Source of the DNA: the human T2T-CHM13v2.0 reference genome, Homo sapiens
Length of the DNA: 64,000 nt
Assembly (NCBI RefSeq): GCF_009914755.1
Contig: NC_060937.1
Direction: 5' to 3' (one strand)
This document shows, in pieces, positions 53,685 through 64,000 of the stretch. The notes below the pieces were generated by a model. It made no database searches. It was not told where the DNA came from and saw nothing but the letters and a program-made list of their open reading frames with translations. The position numbers were made by a program, and so were the translations under genes. How positions within the stretch are numbered: the first letter of the stretch is position 1; the number at the start of each line of letters is the position of its first letter.

Positions 53685-54799
53685 TGAATAATGTTTCGTA
53701 TTTAGAATGTTTCTTTTCTTTGTTGAATATTTTAAAATTCTACTACTTCTTAATTTTACAAGGAAAAAAGATAAGTATTAACTAAGTATAATAATGTAAT
53801 TATCATATTTTGAAATTATTTTTCATGCTATACTCTTCCACAATCATTCTCTAACAGTCTTTCATTAATTTTAACTTCCCATTTTGATAAATAGAATATT
53901 GTGGCGTAGAGTAAAAGAGGGACCTAAATTATATGGTAGTTGCCTTCTTTGCTAGATATTTTGAACAACTATCATCCTCTTTTCTAGACTTTATTCATTT
54001 GAGTAAATTGCTAATGACAAGAAACATACAGTTTTTATAGCTATTGTGTAGAAAATTACTTTGATGCAGTGGTATGGTCCAACAACACTACCAACTGAAT
54101 TATCCTAGATACTGGAAAAAAATGTCAAACACCAAGTGAATATGCACAGCTCACATGGCTTATTAAAATGGATTCCAAATGGAGTCAAAAGTGAAGAAAC
54201 ATAGGCAAGTTGAGACTCTTAGGCTAGTGGTGCATACTTACTCTATAGGAAAGAGGCAGGGACAAGTTGGGTCAAAACTGTACCCTACTAATCAGCTACT
54301 GAAAAACTATATGTTTTATCTGCATATCTTGGGGAAGTATATGTATGGTCAGGATAAACCATCATGCTATGTCTCTAAAGAGTGTACGACCTAGAAGTGA
54401 AAGAGCTGTCAGCCTAGAGGTGGCATGACAATGACTTCATCTTTTCCTTGTTTTCTGTCCTTAAATGATATTCGTTTTTACTTGATCTTACTTTCTATTA
54501 ATTGTACGTTTCTTTAGCATGTCATACCAGTTATTTTCTTATACTCAATATTTATCACTTCTTGAGTATTATGTCTATCTCTCACAAGAAACACATTAAC
54601 TCATTATTATTACACATACTTAACATTCCTATGAATCTTGCTCATATCTCAAAAATTCTTTGTTACTTTTTTTTTAGGCTTCATGCATCTTATGAATTTC
54701 AGTCATCCCATCTATTTTCTTATCTTCTATAGCAAAATTGATCATTCTTAAATGAATCACTTAATTTTATTATTGGTTGTCAAACATGCCTTTAACATA

Positions 54800-57600
54800 A
54801 AAAATTGTATCTATCTATCTAAGGTTTGTTTAACTCACTGCATTTGACTTCCCCATATGCTTCTCTGTTTTCTCTGGTTTTGACTATTTTCTATTATTTA
54901 ATTCATTCTTATATTATCTTTATACTTTTAAAAAGCATGTTCAGTGGTGTTTTTAGATTTTACAACATACACTTCTAAATAACCTAAATTCGCTTTGAAA
55001 TAACTTTATATTGCTTCACCCACAGTGTATGTACCCTGCAATAGTATATCCCTATTCCTCTCCCTGACATTGTTATTATTTGTTTCATTCACACATAAAC
55101 TACAACCATCAGAGACATCTTTATTATGATTGCTTTATACAAAGAGTTGTCTTTTAGATCATTTAAAAATAAGAAAAATAAAAGGATTTTATTTTACCTT
55201 CATATATACTTTCCCCTACACTATTTCTTTCATTATGAAGATCCAAGTTTTTGACCTATAACATTTTCATCTACCCGAAGAACACTGCTAGCAACAGATG
55301 TCCTCAATTTTTGTTTGTTCAAGAAAGTCTTTATCCTTCACTTTAGAAGGCTGCTAATTTCACTGGATGTAGAATTCTGGATTGGCCTTCTTTTGGTTTC
55401 AATACTTTAAATATTTCACTCCACTCACTTCATACTCGGTTTCTGATGAGAAATCCACTGTAATTTTTACTCTTGTTCCTCTATAAGGTGTTTACTCCCC
55501 TCTCCTTCCTCCACCTCTCTTCCCTTTCCTAAGGTTCTCTTTGTTTCTGGTTTGAATATTGTACAGTTTGAATATGATACCCTAGGTGTAGCTCATTGAC
55601 ATTTATCCTGCTTGGTGTTCTTTGAACTTCCTGGATGTGAGGTTTGGTGTCTTTCATCAATTTTGGAATGTTTCAGACATTATTACTTTATATATTTCTT
55701 CCACTCCATTCTCTCTTTCTTCTCCTTTGGTATTCCAGTTACATTTGCATTATAAATTTAATTGTTTGAGTTTCCATTTCTCTTCCTACATTACCCATCT
55801 GTTTTTGCATGTGTCTAATTTTTCCTTAAGAGCCCTTAGCTTATTACTCATAGTTATTTTAAATTCTCTTTTTGATAATGTCAATGTCTGAGTCATACCT
55901 GAATCTCATTTTGATTATTGCTTTGTCCAGACTATTTTGTTTGTGTGTTTTGTTTTTGTCTTTTGGCATACTTTGAATTTCTTTTTCATTGAAAACCAGA
56001 CATGTTGTTGTGGATAACAGATATTGAAGTAAATGTGTATTTTGTGTGCATATGTATATTAATGTGGCTAGAAGTTTGGTTGTATTCAACGTTTGTTATG
56101 GCTATAGCTACCAGAGAATTCAAACACCTTTAGTATCTTTGTTTTTGTGTGCTTTCTAAGCTTTGAGGATTCCCTATGTATTGCTCCACAGAGAGAGCCT
56201 GTGTCTTGAATTTCTTTCAGCTATAATCTACTGTTGTTAATCCAGAGTCTTGTTGGGTGGGGTGGTAAGATATTGATAGCAGCAGCAAGCAGACAAATGC
56301 CTATGCAGATAGGGGCGGGTCCCCAGTGAAACCCCACCTCCAAGCCAAAGAAAGTTTAAAGCTTGAAAGCCAAGCTACAAGTCAAATTCATGGATGAATT
56401 GAGAACCTGTCTTCCTGTTTGGCACACTGTCCTCTGATTGATTCCTACCCTTCACCTATTTTACATATAACTACCGTTCCCTAATTGTATTTTTTACAGT
56501 CATGACCACCTTTGAGTGGTTCCTTTGTTTCAGCCTTTTTGCATACTCACAAACCAATCAGCACACACTCCCCTGTTCAGAGTCCATCAAAGCCCAGGAC
56601 TCCCCCACACTGGGAGAGAAACCACCTGACTCTAGGTAGTTGACCACCCTCATGTCCCCTTTCTACTGAGAGCTATTTTGTCACTCAATTAAATTCTTCT
56701 GTGCCCTCCTCACCTTTCAATTGTCAATGTATCCTCATTCTTCTTGGGCATGGGACAAGAACTTGGGAACCGTCAAATGTGAGTACAAGCTATAACACAG
56801 GCAGCTGTGGCATGCTCAGCCCAGCCACAGGCTGAGCTGGTGAGCTGAGCTGGTGGGCAAGGCAGGAGCAGCCTGGGTGGGCCAAGTGGGTATGCAATAT
56901 CCTGTAGGAGGTAGTGTGGCCGATTGATGCCCGGGTGGGGGCATTGCCAGCTGGAGGTCCCTGGCTTGCAAAGTGACCAAGAAAAATCCTGCATCATTTG
57001 GGGAAAGGAGAACATGCTATAATTTTCTGATTAATCTTCAATCTTTCAGTGGACTTGTGTCTTAGGACTCTCGCCTTTACAAACATTTGTTTCCCTTCCA
57101 GAGAGAACATATGGCTTTCCTCACTTATGCTTTTCCTAGCTATGGCATTCTCAATATATTTCTTTGAGACCCTGTCTCCTCTTAACTAGTTTTTAGTTTT
57201 GAACGTATTTCCTCCTTATTTGATACAGAAAAGCTGGTGAGGGCTGGAGTGGGAAGCCATTTCCTTCCCGTAGCTTGGATAATACTTCAGAATTGTACTG
57301 TGGTGAAGTTTTTTATCCCAAGGAGTAGAAACATTTGTGAAGTCTCTGGTTGGGTGTGACTGTTTACTCTTCCCTTCCCTTGACAGAGTCAGAAGGAGAT
57401 CCTTCCTGAATATTTATCATGAGAATCTTATAAGATTCTTCAGAGAAAGCCCATGGAAGTATAGTGGCTCCCCAAGTCTGAGGTCCACAAGAGTATCTTA
57501 TTCTTGTGATGGTCCATGCTCAGCCTCCAAAAATTCATCAAAAGTATCATTTAAGTGTTCCTACCATTTTAAGGCTCTAGTGACTTCTGCTCCAATAAGC
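54800..57600 (-). mobile_element. Old L1MC/MD (ORF1 and 5'UTR) interrupted by MER50
   Basis: aagaaagtctttatccttcac...ggatgtagaattctgg...tttctgatgagaaatccactgtaatt...ttgaacttcctggatgtg. Confidence 0.8.
56274..56996 (+). mobile_element. MER50-like ERV1 solo LTR
   Basis: tgatag...cagacaaatgcctatgcagataggggcgggtccccagtgaaaccccacc...gaaaaatcctgcatca. Confidence 0.85.
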
Positions 57601-59626
57601 ATATCTTGTTTGCTATATCTCTCAACAAGGTGTATGGATTACTTTGGGAGAAAAACTTGAGATATAAGAATGACTTGTGAATTGTTCATTGCACTCTTCA
57701 AGTACATTAAATATGCCTCAAGTGCAGGAAATGTCCATTGTTTATCTTTATGTCCCCAAAATATTTTATACTGACTTTCACACATAGAAAGTTTTCAATA
57801 CATATTTGATTGATGTGCTTATTAAAATAAGCCATGGAAGATAACTGAGATTCTTGTTTAAAGAACATCTGCAGTGGTTTCACAGGACAACATTAAATAA
57901 TACCAACATTATCTTCTTACAATGGCTTACTGCTTTGAAACACTTTCACAACCCTTAAATTAATGCAGTTTGGCAATTATAGTATGAGGTAGACAGGGAT
58001 TATTAGTTTCATTTAGCCGATGAATTAGGCTAGAATTTTCACTTCAATTTTAACAAGGCAAAAATTTAACATTATTGCCTTCTAAGAATGTATTGCTCAG
58101 TGTAATAAACTTATTAACTAGAAGAATTTGTGATAAGACCAAAGTTATGTCCACCAAAATCAACCCTTGACATGCATACACACAGACATTCACAATTAAG
58201 TATGATTAATTGCAAGGCAATTACGTCATTTTATTTCTATCATTTTACTTCTATATCATCTTTGACATGTTTGAAACTAGAGATACATCTAGCAAGTCAA
58301 TATTGTATCCTTATAACTTGATGAGTTCTGAGGCAGTCTCTTACAGTCAGATTTATAGTCTATTTTACAAGAAGGAACTTAGATGAGCACTTAGAGAGGA
58401 TATACTGAAATATGTGGTAAGACCCTTAGGCTAGTCTAGAGGCTTTCAACACTTTACTCTGAAGACCACATTTTTAGAACAGATTAGCAACTGCGATTAC
58501 AGAAAATTTTACATAACTTGGGACATATTCATGTGACCTTTAAAGCATTTTCCACAAATTCTGACATGACACTCTGTTTTCTTTTGAATTCTCAATGATC
58601 TTTTTAAATAATCTTCAATATATGCCTCACTAAATACTCACCTTTTAAAAAAAGACAAAAATACAAAAATACACTGCTACTTAATCTTTCTTTCATCCCG
58701 TGCAATTTGTAAGCAGTGATTTTTTTCAAGTACTTCAATGCCCTTGATGTTTTGCAACTTTGTTTAGTTATGAGTATAAGAAGGGTATTAAAATCTCATT
58801 ATTGTTTAATTCAAGCTTTCAGTATATAATTCTCTTTTTCCTGGAATAAACCTGTAAATTTATAGATTATAATTCAGGTATATATTTACACATTAATCAC
58901 AAGACAGCGTATATTAATTACACTTTGACACATCTTCCTTAGTTGCTCTAGTTGAAATGGCAATAGTAGTATATTGGTAAATGGAGTCCAAATTCAGTCT
59001 GTGTATTCAAAGTGAATCAGAAATTTCATTTATGGTGTTTTGATTTTGAAAAACAAGATGTAAAGAAAGAACATTCTCACATGCTATACTCTACCACAAT
59101 CATTCTGTTTATAAACATTTTTCCTGTTATAAAATGAGGTTTTATACTGATGACCTTAAGTGGTGTACTCTCTAAATTGATTTCAGATAGCTCAAATTTT
59201 ACATTAAATATAGTGTACATTTGGTCATAAAAGGGAAAAACAGTGTCTAGTTATCTTTATGTCACTAGGGCCCTATAGTCTGCATTCTAGTTATACAAAG
59301 ATATATTTTTAATGTAATGAAGTGACATATCTAAGTTAACTCAATTTTATTTTGGTCAACCAGGTTCCCTTATGTTCCTGCTTAATGTGATGTTAATTGA
59401 TAGCTGGAGGTTATTCCATAAATTTCTTATTCTCCACTATTTATGATTTTGCATGAACACCATCATCCTTGGTGGGTATACAGTTGGGGAATATTCACAA
59501 CTATTTCATCCCAAGACCTGTTTTTACCTTTAAAGTAAAAACTTAATATTGATAAACATTAGTAAGCATAAACATGTAGCCAAGAAGAGTAGAATATATC
59601 ATGAAAATAAAACAGTACTTAGGGAT

Positions 59627-59998
59627 TGATATGGTTTAACTGTGTTCCCACCTAAATCTCATTTTGAATTGTAGTCCCCAGTATCCCCATGTGCCATGGG
59701 AGAGACCAGGTGGAAACAATCGAATCATGGGGACAGTTTCCCACATTCTGTTGTTATGATAGTGAGTTAGTTCTCACAAGACCTGATAATGAGAACTTTC
59801 CCCTTTGCTGGGCACACATTCTTCTCCTTGCTGCTGCCATATGAAGAAGGACATGTTCGCTTCCCCCTTCTGCCATGATTTTAAGTTTCCTGAGGCCTCC
59901 TCAGCCATGCTGCACTGTGAGTCAAATAACCTCTTTCCTTTATAAATTACCCAGTCTCAGGTATGTCTTTATTAGTAGAATGAGAATGGACTAATATA
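59627..59998 (+). mobile_element. THE1/MST solo LTR
   Basis: tgatatggttt...ctaatata with perfect 5-bp TSD gggat. Confidence 0.94.
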
Positions 59999-61039
59999 GG
60001 GATATATAGGCTAAGTCCATTTTGCCTTACTTAAGATGTTTCAAAAATTTTTTAAAAAGGATATTATTTCTTTTTATTAGCTCTATTTATTGCTAACTGT
60101 ATTTTGGCCAACCTAGGTAAATATCTTTTAAGTTTTTGAACATAAAGTATTTAATAAGTAAAATATATTATTTATTATTATTATTACTGTTTGTTTTTAT
60201 AAAATATATGGCAACAGGCATTAAGAATTGCCTGTGACAATCCCCTGTGAACATTTTTTCTTTAAATCACTGTGTATAAAATTTCTGCATGGAATTTCAC
60301 ATTAGCTACTCTCATACACAATGTTATGAGATTGGTTAGGAGAGGAAGATTGGAATACATTTTCCCTACACACGACTGAAAATTATTTTAAAGTCTTTCA
60401 AAAACTGTTTGGAATTCAAAACCTCCATCATGTTCCATTTAACCTTGAAAATGGAAAGAAAATAATATTTTAAAGATGACCTCAAAGCCTTTCAGGTGTA
60501 GAGGCCAAGTTCAGACCCCACAGAGTGAGTGTTTCCACAGCTGCGGATGGTGGCATCACTCACACTTCATCAGCATTCAGATCTGTTAAACACGCACTTT
60601 ACATATAACATTGACGCCAGCCCTCAGAAGGGAAATAGAAAACCCAAATATTTTTACAGTAAAGATTATATTTTTGAAACTATAAGTTTTCTAATATGTT
60701 ATTTCAATAAATGAAATTTTAAAATAATGTTTCTCAATACATAGGTTAAAAACAGCTTTTATCATCTCTAAGGAGAAATTTGGGGTATAATTTACAAATA
60801 AAATTAAAGACTATGAATAATCCCCAAAGTTAGAGTAGATTTGTTCTGGATATTTAAGTACTCTTTTAACAATGGCTCACAAAATCACTGGAACATGCCC
60901 ATTCCCTTATTTTTTGCCTAATGTCTAAGATTTCCATTTTAATGTGTTTGTGATAAAATTTACCTTAAATATTTATTTTTGAAAATAAGTTTCACATTCT
61001 TTGTAGAAAAATACGAGATAGAAAATTAAAATTCATATG

Positions 61040-61760
<721 letters not shown>

Positions 61761-61789
61761 ATTCTATAATGTACATCCTTATTTGCAGC

Positions 61790-62285
61790 CAGGGATATCC
61801 TGGAGCCAGCTCATTTCAGCTGACAACATCCCATTGTTAAATTCTCAGGAATTTTGTAAGCCAGTTATTAAATATAGCTATTATTTAAATTAAATGATAT
61901 AAGTAACAAATTTTGTTAAAGGCAAAGGTGGGACGCAATCAGAATTAATCACTTTCTAACTACTTTACCACACTGTACTATTATCTATGCTATTGAGGTT
62001 GCTTACATCTATCATTCCTGTGCAATCATCCCGCCTCAGCCTCCCCAGTAGCTGGGACTAAGGTCCATGCAACAATTCCTGGTTTGTATGTTGGAAATAC
62101 TATGTAATGTTGTGCTTCTGCACATTTCCTCTCATCTCCTCACATTTACTGATGTCACATTGGTAGCTTCCACCACATTGGCTATGGTAGAAGTGTTCGT
62201 AACATGAAAACTGGAAACAATCAAACACTGAAAATCAGTTTTTTTTTTTGGAGAACCTATTGTTAAACATTTACCAGCATACCAC
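61790..62285 (+). mobile_element. MER63-like hAT-Blackjack element
   Basis: ctggagccagctc...attgttaaattctcaggaattttgtaagccagtt...ttgttaaacatttaccagcataccac. Confidence 0.78.
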
Positions 62286-62469
62286 AAAATGCAGTATTTC
62301 AATATACCTATGTCGATGTCTATGTCTCTGTTTTTGCTTCTGTATTTACATTGGTATCAACCATTTATTTTTCTATGTATATCTATATATACAACTACAG
62401 TTAAAATATATATTTATAAGCTGCATTATTACAACCATACGACATAGACCTTTGCTTGCCAGTACACTT

Positions 62470-62995
62470 GCATTGCCATATTTAAAGACTATGTGCTAAT
62501 GGTTACTACTTAGTTAATTTCATAGCATTGGAAAACTAGGATGTCTCCAGATGTAAGACATGTGAACGTTTATTGTTTAATTAAGTGGGTTAAGATACAT
62601 ATATAAATATGCATACCTTTTATACTCAATTTAGTTAATGAAAATGTCTTCAAATACGTTTGAAATAACTGTAGCATGTGAATCTAATTTTTCAAGTTTG
62701 TGTTATTTGAGTTCTAAATATAGACCAGTTTTTCTTGATGTGTGAATTGAGATGTGTTCTTAGTGTGAAATATGTTCAGGGTTTCAAGCATTTACTTTAC
62801 AATTATGTATAATATTTAATTAATATTTTTATATTGTTTACATGTTGAAATTATGTTTTTGAATCATTGTGCTAAATAAAATGTATTATTAAATTTACTG
62901 TTGTCTGTTTTTTAATAAATGTGCTTATTAAAGAATTCAAATTACATATATGACTTGTATCACATTTTTATTGATGAGCACTGTAGTCTAGACCA
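62470..62995 (+). mobile_element. Charlie1-like hAT fragment
   Basis: tgtgaatctaatttttcaa...tctaaatataga...gaattgagatgtg...ttatattgtttacatgttgaaat...taaataaaatgtattattaaa. Confidence 0.65.
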
Positions 62996-63639
62996 TGTGT
63001 GTTGGCTCTCATTGTTGATGTGCTTGTCCCAAACAAAATTAATAATTATAATTTCCTCAACTAAACAATTACAACTTACTATTAGCAGTCCACAGGATGC
63101 AGAAATGTTTTTGAGCCGCAGGCATGAATTCGCTCCATCTGGATTGTCAGTCTCATATGCCCTTCTTTTCCTGGCCTGTGTCACTGATGAATTGATATCT
63201 GTCCTCAAGGACACAGTCAAGAAGGAAACACATGTCTAGGTAGATGCCTGAGAGTGGTATGGTGTCTAGCAATTTTTGATGACCCTGAAATTCTTTGTTT
63301 AGTCAATATTTTTGTTTCTGCAGAATTGGAATGCTGCCATTCATTTGACACCTGAACTTACTCACTGGTTATTCAAGCTCAAATAAATAGCTTTTCCACT
63401 TTCCAGGAAAACAAAACAAGGGTGCTTAAATCTACCTTTGGCTCGACTAACTACTGTCATTGCAACATGATTTGATGTCATGAACTATGGTTGTTAAGGA
63501 ATAAAGTATATAGTAAAACAATGGCAAAAATGAACCTCCAGTATTTGTTAGGGTCATGTCCTGGTTACAATGAACAGCCAATTATGACACAGAGAGATTA
63601 ATATGATGTCTCAGGCATTTCAATTGATAAATGCCAAAT

Positions 63640-64000
63640 ATTTATAAATATGAATTTGTGATTGAGTGTGTGCATATACTTTTCAAATTACTGTGCTCTG
63701 CTAGTCTACTAGTTGGAAATTGGTCCCTTGGTGTATTGTAATTTTAATTATTTTATTTTATTAGTGATGCTACAAATATTTCACTATGTCTGTTAATCAC
63801 TGACATTTCTTCTTTCACATAGCCTATTTATAGTTTTTTTTCTATTGGAAATATAAATTGTAATTTTTGAATATGCATTATATACTAAGTATATTAAATA
63901 TTTGCTCAAATAAACATAGCAATTTATTATTGTACTTTGTTTTCTTGCATCTCTTAACTCACCTACTTAATGACATAGGTTTATCAGGGAAACAGCAACT
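63640..64000 (-). mobile_element. Old L1M 3' region fragment
   Basis: attagtgatgct..aaatatttcactatgtctgttaatcact..catttcttctt. Confidence 0.5.

Noticed and set aside
60525-60563. Hairpin gtgagtg...cactcac as a pre-miRNA
   Set aside because: Stem of about 12 of 14 pairs is too short; compatible with chance
62919-63239. Overlapping ORFs on both strands in a GC-richer patch
   Set aside because: Partly in a Charlie remnant, with no recognisable homology or convincing splice pair

Overview
AT-rich, CpG-depleted primate (human-like) non-coding DNA, intronic or intergenic. Much of it is transposable-element relics: Alu J/S/Y, L1PA and old L1M, L2, MIR, MaLR/ERV LTRs, Tigger1/2, MER58/MER20/MER63/Charlie. 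No intact protein-coding gene, RNA gene or CRISPR array is supported; the longer ORFs in the track are TE-derived or chance. I see no new biological system. The best observations are structural: (1) an old, spliced AURKA retrocopy fragment on the minus strand at ~20.5-20.8 kb, missed by the ORF track; (2) a ~2.7-kb inversion (~43.15-45.91 kb) that splits an L1PA7-like element and an older L1M and has templated filler at the left junction; (3) a rearrangement cluster at 24.4-27.0 kb, with a ~180-bp direct copy flanked by a 13-bp duplication and a ~290-bp inverted copy; (4) a twin-primed young L1PA; (5) a diverged ~155-bp direct repeat bracketing a CpG-retaining unique segment. Repeat family and subfamily names come from recalled consensus sequences, not from a search, and most boundaries are approximate.
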